NCBI GenBank assembly: GCA_047495785.1
Contig: JBLDXI010000036.1
Location: 930,001 to 994,000 of the forward strand
DNA from: Lepidodermella squamata
Taxonomy: Eukaryota; Animalia; Gastrotricha
Direction: 5' to 3'
DNA length: 64,000 nucleotides
Shown here: piece after piece, positions 12,848-25,958 of the stretch
Layout: every line of letters starts with the position of its first letter
How positions within the stretch are numbered: position 1 is the stretch's first letter
The notes under the pieces: generated by a model
Seen by the model: only the letters and a program-made list of their open reading frames with translations
Told to the model about the DNA's origin: nothing
Databases searched by the model: none
Made by a program: the position numbers and the translations under genes

Positions 12848-15800
12848 AATTGATGATGATAGCCGATCTCACAGCAATTCAGGAATCGCAAAAGCAGCAC
12901 AATAGATTTCTAGAACTCGCTGGTTTTCGAAGGAAACAGAAGCAGTTGAGAAAATATTGAGGCAAGCAATGCTTCCCATCAACGGCTCGACCGGAGTAGC
13001 CCAGGATCTATGAACAAAAACCCATTTTCAGAAATAAACACATTTGATTATTAGTGAAAGATGCAAACCCTGCCAAGTTTAATGAACCGGATGTCGTAAA
13101 CGGAGAGGCGGTAGGAAAATCCGCGGGTCCAGTTCTCACATTACAAGTAAGGTACACTGTTCCGGCGTCGGCGTCGTAACCTATCTTAAGATGATGCCAT
13201 GCGGTTCCACCCGCTTTGGAACAGTCAACTGATATATCAGCCGACCCATCGCCATACGGCCTCAGCGTAAACATTCGATCGACGTCGGCTGTAAGTCTGA
13301 AACCAGGCATCGACCCATCGGGGGCAAATTCCAAGATTGTGCCTTTCTGCTCTGCCGATGTAGCGAACAAAAACATCGTGGAATTAGCAGTCAACGTCAT
13401 CTTCCCGGCGGTAACAGAAATAGGTTCGGTTGAGTTGTAGTAAAAGGCTGTGTTGGGTCGACCGAAAGGTCCAGTCACTTGTTGAAGAGCGGTATTCGAG
13501 GTTGTAAAATCAGCTCTCGGATCGATGCGGTCATTCAGATCGGAAACCAGCGGCCAACTGGCAATTAACCCAGGCAGTCGCGATTTGAGCACGTCCATAG
13601 TCAAAATCTTCCCGAGCTGAATTTGAAGGCACTTTTTGCGAAGTATCCAAAATTGTTCGAGGTTCAACGCGTGTCTGTGAAGCGAAAAGCAAGCCAGTCT
13701 GCCATTGAATGTGCCGGTTCCGTCAAAATTGCCACCAAGTTTTATTTTTGTGCTGACTTCCGGTCTTAAGTCACCAAGGGGTACCTCGAAGATGCTATTA
13801 TCATGCGCGACAATGTAATTTTGCGTATCAGCGTTGTAAGATATAGCGATGAAAGACCAATATGGATCCACATTAGGCACGGCCCACAGTTCCGTACCGC
13901 CACCCTGAGCTACAAAGAAAAATTTCAGATAAATCATTTTGATAGGGACTATGGATGCCTTAATATCAGAAGCACGCCAAGCAACAATGAAGACAAATTT
14001 TATATTCTTTCCTGCAGTCAAGAAGAAAGAGGAGAGGGAAGATTCGCAATGAAACCCAGCCTTCAAACCGCTTAAGAGTCTTATTCGAAAAAGGATATTT
14101 CCTTCTCAGTCGCTTTTCGGTCACAGCTGAAACATTACACATGTGCTAAATTTGTATTAGAAAATCGTTAGCGTGTCGTTAATGAATGCATGGATAATTT
14201 CGGCACTGCTATCGGCAAATAGCATGAAGTTACTACGTAAATAGTTACTGTTTTAGGGGGCTGGGATTCAACAAACCTACCTATTATTACATACAAACGG
14301 GGTAATCCTCTGTCAATGATAACGCCGGTTTGATCTGCTGTGTCGTAGAACCCAAAAATTCTTTGCATGTCTGTTGAACCTAACGGAAAGAAAACGTAAG
14401 CAGCAAGCGTGAAAGACGAATTTTTGACATCGAGCAAGGGGTTTTCCAAGAGCACGGATCCAGCTGTTGAATTAATAGAAAGCGCTGAGCTGCTGTAGGG
14501 ACCGCTGTCGAAGTTCAAGGATGGACCAGTATAATTTCCGTCGATGTCGTTTCCACTGATGTCACGTGTACCGAATTCCTGGCTGAGAGGCAAGTAAAGT
14601 GTTTCGAATGGCAGCCCGAACGGAGTCTCTGCAAAGAAATTGTTTCTTAACACGCCGGAAATTAATGGTAGCTTACGCTTGTCACAGAGCTCAGCACTTT
14701 TGAACATAAATGTTGAAGTCTGAACATGGAAATTAGCTGTGATGTAACATTAGCTCCAAATTGCATTGCTCACCCAGTTTTGAGGGCAGTCGTTTGCTAC
14801 AGGAACGCATTTCGCCGCCATATGAAGTGCAAACGTACAAAGCTTGTGCTAGAAATAAAAGCAAAAAATGAAATACCCTTGCCTTACATGGCTTGTGCTG
14901 AAAAGAAAAGTTCAAACTTCAAGTCTTGACAAGAAATATGAATGGGCGAAATTTTGCTCTTATCGGGTCGTTGTTTTGGTGTTTGGTGCGGAATAAAACA
15001 CGTAAATTTACACTTTTCCTTCGATCGTCGCGTCGATTCCAGCAGTGCTTAATACTGACTCGCCCCTAAGAACTGTTGACATCCACCGACGCAACACGGC
15101 TAAATTTCAATCGGAAATCAGAGGTGGGGGAATCTATTAGAATCAGTGGCAGTTGGGAGATGGGGAACCACAAAACCCGAAATTTCGCTCGAGCGTGATT
15201 ACGGCCGTAATTCAAATTGGTAATAAATTAGTAAAAATTAGCCGTGCAAGGTATTTTTTCCTCTATTATTGGGACGCTTCGTAATTTTTGCCAAAAAATC
15301 GAAGATCGACGAAATATCGAACATTAAAGTAAAGTAAGGTTGGCATTATTAAAAAATACCGTAAATTCATCAGTAGCATCCGTCTTGCAGGCGTCGTGAT
15401 TTTCTTTGAACGACGTCGAGTTACCATAGATTTTAACCTGACGCAATGAAATACATCGTTGCGGATTCAAAAAGCTATCGAGACGATGACCCAATTACTC
15501 GTGTTCCAGTCGTAAAAGCGCCGTAGCACTGCTTGCCGTTGCTTGTTTCGCACTTCGCGGCTCTCTGTGAAGGGGAAAAATCATTACATGCAATCCCAAT
15601 TTGTATTTCGTCCCACTATTTGGTATTGCAAATAATTTGTCAACACAAATTTCAAAATTGTTACGAGAATAGCATGAAAATGACATCGAGGAAGCCTTCA
15701 CCCCTTTCAGGCAGTTTTCCCTGTTGCTGAACGTAGCAGATGAAAATTCTCGGGTTTCAGTCCCAGCCTGGCAGCCCGTTGTCTCGAGGCGGCAATCGAT

Positions 15801-17844
15801 AAAGCTTCCGTTGGACGAGCTGAAGCACCTCACATGCGGTTTCTCGCTGTCTTGAACTTGAACTGTTACAATTCAATCAGGCGCGTTTGACATTCGATGA
15901 TCAAAAATGAAAATTATATAAAACTCACGCAAAGTTCCCGAAATGCATTGACCAAGATTGCCAAATGGACTGCCACTTGATTCGAGCTATCAGTATTGTG
16001 GTAACATGAGCATCGAAAATTCACACTTATAATTTCTAACCCAGTTCTCGGGGCAGGTGTAGTTTGCTGGGACACAAGTTTTCACCACTCCGTTGTCCGT
16101 GCACCGTTTGAAAGATTGATTCTTAAAATAACAAGTTAACAAGTAATGTTGAAAAATTTGGAGTGAATTTACCGCGAATTTTGATCTTGCGTTATTACAA
16201 GCCGCCAAGCTGTCTTTCAGCGTAATGTTTTTGAACCAATCAAGCTGGAATTGGAAAAAGTTAAAAAGTGAATGTTTAGGTGTAAATTTACCTCGATTTC
16301 CCTGTCAGCCGCTGGTTCTCCAGTCAATTTACAATTTCCAAGGCCGGGATTGCAACGTGGTGTTAGGGCGCCGTATTTATAACACATTTTGGCATTCTGA
16401 TATCAATAAAAATTACAGCAACAAGAGGCCAGCCATACCAATATTTCATACCCCTAATCGGCAGGTTTGTAGATCTGGGAACAAGGGTCCCCACTGAGGA
16501 AAATAAATGGGAATTTATCAATGGAATTGCGGAAAATATTTTTTTTAACATCAAATTTACTTTTTTCAACATCAAATTTCTTTTTCTATCATCAAACTCT
16601 TTTTTCAACAGCAAAATTCAGAAATTATTATTTGATAGGGAAGAATATGCTTTCATGATGAAGTTGTGGATTTCAAGTGCTTATGACCTCGGGTGATGAT
16701 AGCGGGGCCCAGACTCGTGCCAATAAGGTAAGGTGATCATATCCAGAGGTGGAAACAGGTCGGGTTAATCGGCCGGTAAGCTGACCGGTTGCCGGTTGGG
16801 TCAGTGCCGGGCATAGTTGCTTCTCGACGGCGAGACATGGGTGCTGATGGCATCCGGGGCGAATCAGCGTCACAAGACCACTTTCCAACTAACGACACCA
16901 GTCGAGAAGCGAATCGAGGAATATTACAATCGAATCGACACATCTCCGGGGTGTGAGTTGAAAATCTCCATCAACATTGGCAATGCCCGCCCTCAAGACA
17001 GGGAGCGCATGCGGCTATTCAGTGCAGCGTACCGGCGTAAGACGTTCCGGCAGCTTAACCTTGAAGGGCCCTGACTAATTTCACTCATTTGCATCATTGT
17101 CTTCGCAAAAATCGTAAAATTATTCGGATAAATATTTAAAAATTCAATTTCTTTGGCCAAAAATCAAATATTTGTTCGTAACTTTGCAAAATTGCAGCTA
17201 ACTCAATTTTCTATACTTTTATAAACGGGTTCGACAGCAATAAACTACAATGCTTTGCCGAATTTTCTGTGATTTTTCCGGACTGGTCATCATCAAGGGC
17301 TTTAATGAGTGTTGATCGCAAAAATTAACATATCGAAATTTGCTGTTGAAAAAAGAGTTTAATGGTAGAAAAAGTAATTTGATGTTGAAAAAAGTAAATT
17401 TGATGTTGACCAAAGGTGACCCGAAATTGCGAGCGATTGAAGGAGATTTTTAACCAGAATAAAAATGGAGAACAATATAATTTAAATTGAAAGATTAAAT
17501 ACAAAATCGTTCAATTATTTTATTGATTTTTTTAAATCAAGGAAAGAACTCTTAAATCCTGAGAGCCTTGAAATTATTTAAAATTTCAATCAAAACATAA
17601 ATCACACCAAGAGGAATTCTGAGGTAAAAATGTCGATGTATAGTAATTCATTCGATTCATTGAATAAAATTATCTAAAAATACCTGATACTCGGTGATAG
17701 GATCACATGTTGGGTTGTTATCGCGGCATGAAGTGAATGCGTTGTTAGTCACTTGGAAGCATCGCTTGAAAACCTGGCCTGACCCCAAGACGATCAACGT
17801 GAACAAAATCACACAGATGATTTCAAAATATTAAAGCTTCGCAT
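12848..17844 (-). pseudogene. Array copy 2, apparent frameshift in exon 1, remaining exons look intact
   Basis: Closest paralog of copy 1. Reads ATG CGA AGC TTT AAT ATT TTG AAA TCA TCT GTG TGA: +2 nt versus copy 1, stop at codon 12. Downstream exons (ORFs 15495-15833, 14168-14707, 13008-14066) stay open with normal splice sites. Confidence 0.7.
16532..17422. mobile_element. MULE/Foldback-like non-autonomous element in intron 1 of copy 2
   Basis: ~75 bp inverted arms built of ~20 bp subrepeats (aacatcaaatttactttttc). Flanking near-duplicated 9-mer ggaattgcg / gaaattgcg. Absent from the copy 1 intron (~7030). Confidence 0.75.
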
Positions 17845-18839
17845 TGCTAGTTTATTCGAGAAAATAAAAACGAATAATGAGAGGAGAGGGTGAATTCACT
17901 CGTTTAGGACCGGTCGATGGCTCGTGCTAAAAAATAAAATCACATGATTAGAAAACTTTCAAAACAACATCACATGCAATTTTCGAACCCGACATGCTAA
18001 CAAAAAATTAGCACCGATTCAACTCGACATGGCGATATCACAAAAGCAAAAAACTTCTACCGTATGCGACATTTTTTTTTAAACCTAACAGCCAATTTGA
18101 AATCCTTGAATCAGTCGCTGATTTCAATTCGATTCTCTCGGGAATTTGTGTGAAGAATTGGCCGTATACCAAATCAATAATGATAACGCTTGATTTTTCC
18201 TTCAATGAGTGAGCTTTTTTGAGCTTGAACGCAACAAGATATTTTCTATCACAGGTCAAAAAATATCACCGCTCACGATGTTGCCCTGGTATGAATAAGT
18301 AAAAAATCACTGAATTTCGGAATTTTCATAGCGGAAACTTCGACAAATTCATTTTCGAATTTCGTAACAAAAGTATTTGAATATTCAAATTTTAAGAAAT
18401 TAATTATGAATTCGAGCTTTTATCGTAAGAATTTTACGGCGCCGTTCCGAAAACTGAATTTGTCGTCAAAAAAACCAAAATTACGACGTTTTCCATTCAC
18501 AATTTGCCTATTACTACGGCTGTTTGTTCTGCACGATCTCCCATCGGCACGTGCCAAATAGTGCGATCTCGCAAATATTCATTCACGAATTACGTGAAAA
18601 GCTCGTTTTAAAATAATCAGCTAGAAAAAATGTTTCTTTAATCTGGAGGATAATTTAGGCTTTATCGCTCATGTAGATTTTCGAAACTATTTATTTTCGG
18701 GTTTCAGGTGGACCCACATCTATTCAACGGCAATTTGAAAGTTATTGGAATTGGAATGCCATTTATTGTTTGCCGAAGCTTAAGACATGCCCATCAACTT
18801 CGAAATTCCAAAATCGAGAAAAATGTTCGAAATTGTTCT

Positions 18840-19010
18840 CGCTCTTCCCTCAGAAATTGTTAAATCAGCCGACACATCGCCATACAGCCTGAGAATATAA
18901 GTTGGACTGGTATTGGCCGTAATTCTTAACCCGGTCTTCGAATCATCGGGAGGGAACTTCAAGATTGTGTGGTCAGAGCGCATAAAGGGTCATCGTAAAA
19001 CTGTTATCTG
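18840..19010 (-). pseudogene. Relic fragment of the second LamG-like domain
   Basis: TILKFPPDDSKTGLRITANTSPTYILRLYGDVSADLTI matches TILEFAPDASTTGFRLTADVNRTFILRPYGDGSADLTV. Confidence 0.75.
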
Positions 19011-19099
19011 GTATGTAATAGATCTCTAAAAATCTCACTTGAATCGCGAAGCGAATGTATCCTTGAGTTAATGCAGACAAGTTGAACAATCTACTCATC

Positions 19100-19860
19100 G
19101 AAAAACCACGTCTGTTCTGGAAGGTGTTCGAATTCCTTTCGAACACTAGCAAGGCTTCACATAACACGCATGCTTCACCAATCACACCCGGCGGTGAAGC
19201 CGGCATCAGCGACAAGAAAAAAAGCAAACATCTTAGCAAAGCACCTATAGCTGTACGGATGATCTCGCCAAAGCCCACTGGCATTTTCAACGCTAACCTG
19301 AAAATCAGCGATGTACTTAAGGTGTGGAAGGTCACAGCTGGACCATGATCCCTAAAGAAGGGAAAGATTTTAAATCGCCAGGCCTGGTTACCGCCGTCTT
19401 GAACTGCCTGCCGAAGGTTTCAGAGAGGCTCGTCGCTCATCGTGTCCTACAAAAAATGATCACCAAGAAGATATTTCGAGAGAGAAGAGCAAGTATGATG
19501 GTGGAGTTCCGCAAGGCTCGCCACTCAGCCCCATCTTGTAGGTACACGCTGTACAAAGCCGACCTCGTTCGGGATCTTTCGAGCGACGTGCTTAACGGCG
19601 TGTTTGCTGACGACCTCGCTGCTGCGAAAGAAAAGCGCGATTGATCGGGTGTATGATTCCCTCCAGAAAATTGGACAATCGTTCAACAAGTGGCGGTCGA
19701 AAGTTAAGGTGTGCTTGGGTGTCCCGATGCCACCCGAGCCACGGTAAGGCTCATAAAAGCCACTACGAGGCCCTTCGGCCTTCGGGAATTTAACTGGGTA
19801 AAAAAACATACCAGAATTATACACTTGAGACACTGTAAGGCATTTCGAAGGTTCCAACAT
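19100..19860 (+). mobile_element. Degenerate LINE reverse transcriptase fragment (second copy)
   Basis: MIPKEGKD, LNCLPKVSERLV, GVPQGSPLSP (shifted frame) and catalytic FADD motif in VFADDLAA. Confidence 0.85.
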
Positions 19861-20038
19861 CCATGATTTATTTGATAAACCAGTTTAACACATACTTGCC
19901 CCGTCCGGTATTCACACCCGGCACCCGGTATTGTATTTTCATGAATAGCTCACTAATTTCAACTGAGATATAATTTTAAATATTGTGCAGCTGATGTTGC
20001 TGTATTGAGTTCACGTGGAATGACTGATACGTATATTT

Positions 20039-23000
20039 TCAGAGCATTTCAGGAATCGCGTAGAAAGCGCAAAGAATTTCCGTAAGCCGTAGTTGATGAG
20101 GGGTATAATACGCTCCAGATATGCTCAGGCAAGCTAAACTTCCCATCAGCGGCTCGACTGGAGTAGCCCAAGACCTGGTCCAACAATTAGTGATAAAATA
20201 GACGAACAAATAGATAATCAAACAAACCCAGCCAAATGGAATGACCCGGCTGTTGTGAATGGGTCGGAGGATGTGGCAACCTCAGTTCCAGCTCGCGAAT
20301 CACATTCGAAGGAGAGCGTTCCTTGCATATCGCCAGTGTTTGGATTAAAATAGCGGATTTTAAGATAATGCCATTGAATTCCGCTCGATTCGGCGCAGTG
20401 AACCGTTAAATCAGCCGACCCATCGCCATACGGCCTGAGAATGAAGGTGCGATTGACGTCGGCCGTAAGTCTGAAACCAGTAGTCGACGCATCAGGGGCG
20501 AATTCCAGGATTGTGCCTTTCTGCTTCGCCGGAGCAGCATAAATTGTTATCGTAATACCAGAATTTATCGATAAATCTTGAATAGATAAAGCGATAGGAT
20601 CGGTTGAATTGAAATAAAAGGCCGTGTTAGGCACGCCAAACGGTCCAGTTAATCCTAGCATCAAAGCTACGGTTGAGGTCGTAACATTAGCTTCAGGGTT
20701 TCTGTCATTCAGATCGGAAACAAGAGGCCAAGTGATAGGTGTGTTTAACTGATAGTAGAGCTCTGCCGGATTCATAATCCACATCGCCCGAACCTGGAGG
20801 CATTTCTTCCGAAGTATCCACAACTGGGCGACGGTCATGGCGTGTTTGTGGAGCGAGAAGCATGCCAGTCCGCCTTTGAAGTTTATGTTACCACCCAAAT
20901 CGCCCCCGATTTTTACTCGCGAGCTAACAAGTGGTCTCGAAATGAGCGATTCCTCGTGGATGAAGTTATCATGAATGACCAACAGCTTCTGCGTATCGTA
21001 GTTATAGGATACAGCAATGAAGGCCGAAGTCGGGTCAACACTGGACACTGCTCCCTCAAGAGAAATTGTGTAGTTCTGACCTATGACAACAAATTCATGC
21101 TTATTCCGATCACCGTGAACAGTGCGCGAAGTATACGAAGTATCGAACCCCCAGTTCACGAAGCAAAAGTTGAAAATCCGAAAAAGCAACAGGGGCACCC
21201 TTTTGTCATGAAATTGGAGCCAGAGTTCCGAACCCCCTAGTTCGAGGATCCTACTATACCTTAGAAGTTGAACATGGCTTGGCGCCCAGAACAAGGAGTG
21301 ATTCGAATGAAAATTCAGTAACGCTAGTTTCTTTATGGCCTTACAACTTACTTATCGTTATTCGAAGAAAGTCTATTGCTCTGTTAATGTCGATGCTAGT
21401 AAGGTCCTTCTCGTTGTAGAACTCGAAAATTCTTTGCAAGCCGCTGGAATTCGCCACAAATATCGGGTAAACGGCTATCGTGAAAGATGAATTCTCGACA
21501 TTTAGCAAGCTACTATCCAAGTGAACGGAGGCTTCGGCTGTATCAATAGAGAGCGCTGCGTTGTTAAATAGTGGGTCCGAGTAATCCAAAAATGATCGAG
21601 ATAGATTCCCGTTAATGCCATTTCCACTGATGTCCATCGTATCATTTATGAAAGGCAGGTAAACTGTTTCCATTGGCAGACCGAATGGAGTCTCTGGATG
21701 TAAAATTGAAATAATGCCCCTTATTGGAGAAAGAGTAGGCCGAACTCACGCTTATCACACAGCTCAGCAGTTTTGAACATCGATGTCAAGTTCTGAAGTA
21801 AAAGAAAAACTCAGCTGAAAGAGTACCGATTGTCTCTACAAGTGAGAGAACTTACCCAGCTTTGAGGGCAGTCGTTAGCTACCGGAACACATTTCGATGC
21901 CATGATCAAATCATATGTGCAAAGCTTGTACTGGAAAACAGAAACAAGCCTTATAACTTGGAATGGAACTGATGAACAGATTGATCATTTTTAATCTTCA
22001 TGGGGACCTTTTCAAAACATTTTATCACCCCTATTCATCTCGAGATCTATGATGTTTTAAAAATCGACCTAATTCAGTGGCATTTTCTAGATGCGACTGC
22101 TTACCATTCTTGTATTTGGGAATAGTTGAGGGTATTTGTAATATTTAGTTTACTGGTAAAAATTGGAGCAAAAGACAAAATACCGTAAATTCCGTGGCTT
22201 CCAACTTGCAAGCGTCGTGATTTACTTTGAACGACGTCGAGTTGCCGTAGACTTTAACCTAGTTTCATTAAATCGTTTTAGATTTTAGATAACGTCTAAC
22301 GTGATGTTTGGATTACTAGCTTACCCGAGTCCCATTCGGAAAAGCTCCAAAACAATGCTTGCCATTGTTTGTGGAACATTGAACGGCTCTCTATTGGAAG
22401 AATAACATCATCAGAAGCTAAAATTAGATATATTGACATTTCACCCTACCCCTTTCAAACAGTTTTCCCTGTTGCTGAACGTGGCCGATGAAAATACTCG
22501 AGTTTCAGCTCCGGCCTGGCAGCCAGTTGCCTCGAGGCGGCAATCGATGAAGCTCCCGTTAGACGAGCTGAAGCACCTAACATGCGGCTTCTCGCTGTCT
22601 GGAACTCGCACTGTTGCCGTTTAAAATAGACAGCTTCATTTGATAGCCTATATTATGAAAACACACGAACATGTGGATCCAGAGATGCAGAGGCTGAGAT
22701 TAGTAAAATTGCTGCCACCCGCGAGCTGAAGCAGACACAAATCATAAAAAATATTTCGGAAGGTTGGTAATTTGCGTCAACCCAGTTCTCGGGACAGTTG
22801 AAGTTGACTGGGACACACGTCTTTACTACCCCATTCGCCGTGCATCGTTTAAAAGCCTGATTCTAAAAAAGAAAAAATGAAAAATTATCAATTTTTGTTG
22901 AAGCTTTTGTAATCTATTCACCTCAAATTTTGATTTCGCGTTATTGCACGCGGCCAAGCTGTCTTTCAACGTGTTGGCCCGGTACCAGTTAAGCTGAGAT

Positions 23001-24547
23001 TTAAAAAGAGAAAATATCCGAATTCGAATACAATCGATTGGCAGGCCCAGCGAGGAAAGTAGGCCGGCCAACCTGCCAGGGGCGCAGTTTATCTGTCAAA
23101 AAATTTGCCGCTCGCTATGCTCGCTCGCGAACACCTATGATGTTTCATATAATTGGGTATCGAGAGCGCTAGTTTGCGAATTTACTTTTTTCCCCAGTTT
23201 TCCGACCCTGATTAGCCTGAAATTTTCAATTGAGTGTGAACTTCGAATGTTCCTATGCAACTGTGTTATGCGAGCGAAACGTATGGTGAATTTAGCGTAT
23301 GGTGAATTTAGAGGTTTTGCAGCGGGAATGGCCTGAACATGCTCAAAATCTCGTAACATTTCTAAAATAAATAAAAAAAACAAAATTGACCTTGATTCAC
23401 CTATAAAGGACTTGAAACTTATCACCTTGTGATGAATACATTATATATTTCCAAGTTTTCACCTCAAATAAATACTTCTGTTCTTCTCTGAAAGACGAGG
23501 GCAAATTTCAAATTAGCGTTCCCCATGATTTTAGCGAGCGAAGCGAGAAAAGCTAAGATATTTTGCCGTACGTAAGGCTGAAAATAGCCTTGGCTACACT
23601 CATTTTGCGATAGAACTCTAGCAGCCAACCTACCGGGGATTTCAGCGTCCCTGGCGACGACGCTTCGACCCTCAAACCTACCAGGTACGCGTCCCTGGTA
23701 CTACCCTCATCGTCCCTGGCGTCTGGCGTCCCTGGTGCTACTTTCCTCGCTGGGCAGGCCTGACTTTTACCTCGATTTCTCTGTCAGCTGCTGGCTCCCC
23801 AGTCAATTTACAGTTGCCGAGGCCGGGATTGCATCGTGGGGTCAAGGCGCCGTATTTATAACACATTTTAGCATTCTGTTCCCGAGTGGAAAGAAAGGTA
23901 CAATAGCGAGTGACATTGATTTCACGTAGCTCACCCCCGATCGGCACGAGGCAAAGTCAGCGAACAAAGGACCCCACTAAGGAAAAGGAACAAACTTGAA
24001 AACTCGAATTGAATTTCATGAATAAATTCGAATTCATCACTTAAAAATGACAAAAATCACCATTTAAAACCAAATTTTATTTAAATTCATAAAAAAACTA
24101 ATATAATAATTAATATTGGATTGAGGAATTTTCGGAATGGTTCGCAAACATTTCTTTCCGATAGAATTTTTTTGATCGTGATTTTAATTTCACAATTTCC
24201 TCTGCAAAAGTAACCGTGAAGTTCGATTGGGTCAAGTAACCCTTACCCCTTACCTCATATCATATCATATCACATCATAAAATTCCTCGAAATACCAGAT
24301 ACTGGGTGACTTTATTTAAAAAATTCAAAAATTCAAAAAAATTTGAAAATGCCCTCAAAGTGACTTTTTCGGTGAAATTTCCTAGAAATACCTGATACTC
24401 GGTGATAGGATCGCAGGTGGGGTTGTTATCGCGGCACGAAGTAAAAGCGTTGTTTGTCACCTGGAAGCATCGCTTGAAGTTCTGGCATGATGCCTGACCG
24501 TTTAAATTGAATAAAATCACGAGCAATAGTGAAATAAAGCTTCTCAT
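20039..24547 (-). CDS. Array copy 3: secreted Cys-rich + tandem LamG-like protein
   Basis: ATG 24547 MRSFISLLLVILFNLNGQASC; all homologous exons found; ends ...CAFYAIPEML-stop at 20039. Confidence 0.85.
23046..23754. mobile_element. Non-autonomous DNA transposon in intron 3 of copy 3
   Basis: Perfect 17 bp TIR cccagcgaggaaagtag / ctactttcctcgctggg; cagg on both flanks; empty site gcaggcc in copy 4 (~28771); subterminal cgtccctgg repeats. Confidence 0.8.
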
Positions 24548-25958
24548 TTCTGTTTGTAAAATATGAAAATAAACGATTTAAAAATAAAATGAAAGCGTTG
24601 AAAATAAGCTGAGAGCACGCGTTTTGGCCTGGATCGTGGCTCGTGCCCTATTTCAAAACATCATATGGGATTTAACATATCATTACAATTTAACCGACCC
24701 CAGACCAGATCTTAGTAATATTGTTATTCATGTAGGTTTTGTGTTGATCTGTATAGCCAATTACTAGCTTTTATGATAAAAGATATGAATAATTGTGGGC
24801 AAGGGTGCTCCTGATTAAGGCCGTAAATCACATCGGAGCAAATTTTTGACAAATAAACATTGATCAGACCAGGAATTTCGGAAAATCCAACAAAAATGTT
24901 TCCTTCCAAGATCCCACACTGCTTATACCACATAGGCAATACTTTGGTGCCTGAATTTTCAGGGAATTTATTTTAACGTAGTCACCTAACAAATCGCCAT
25001 TACAAAAGTAAAATTAGGCGAAAGTCGGTGCTGCATGTTATTAAAAGCATTCGAGTCAGCATTTCGGATCTCGGTCAGGATCCGCGGTGGGAGCGTCTCT
25101 AGTCTCTAGTTATCGGGACTTGGTGACCGGAATCTTCAAGGTTAAATATAATCGAGGCCACCGATCAAGATTCCGAAGTTGAAATCACTCCATCAGCTTC
25201 GGAAAACATCGATTCGTCAAAATCGATACCAATTGATATCAAAATCGATGACTTCCTTACTGGGGGAATTCTCTAACAAACGTCTTCATATGCCACAGGG
25301 TTGGAAACACTATTTCATAGGAATACAGTCATCAGCCAATTGAAAATAAATTATGGTCGATTCTCATTAATTTTCCGATTAGTAGCGTTTCAGGGCCATT
25401 TATCGATGTTATTATTCTATTTATCGATCAGGAGTTCAATAATCTGAACCTATCCGACTTTCGCTAATCATTGCTCGTAATTTCAAAGCGAATTTACAAG
25501 AATTTAAATGGAATTTTTAGTATACTTAGAAATGATCAGCGAAGTGTCCGGAATCGGAAAAGTGAAAAAGTGGGGGTGAAGTTCGAGTTACGTTTTGTAA
25601 TACCCCTGGAGCCAGTGTGTTAAATGTTAAAAAGCCTTGAATTAGACTATTTTATTGCACAGCTTTTTGCCACTGTCTTTCAAGTTTGACTCATAGGAAA
25701 ATCAGATATCTCAAAATAGTATATACTATTAGGTTTAATTCCGTTATTTTGTTTATTAAAATATGGAGTTGGGACGCGGAATCATTTTGATCTATGAGAC
25801 GAACCCGAATAACGATCAAGCTCGTTATTTATCTAGGATCCATCGCCATTCAATTGATACTTGACATAAATATTTAACTATTTTCAACACAGGTTAATAT
25901 ATATTAATCTAAATCAGATTGCTTAGCGTTTTCACATTTCATAGGGGTCAGCATAAAT

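Noticed and set aside
20842-21240. Plus-strand ORFs over the array and GT32 genes (e.g. 20842, 39376, 45292, 54528, and minus-strand 58373)
   Set aside because: Antisense shadows of real coding exons; they recur only because the sense exons are conserved.
21085-21294. N-terminal extensions of the long ORFs (e.g. 20218-21294, 1439-2587, 13008-14066)
   Set aside because: Read-through into intron or MITE sequence upstream of the true exon-13 acceptor.
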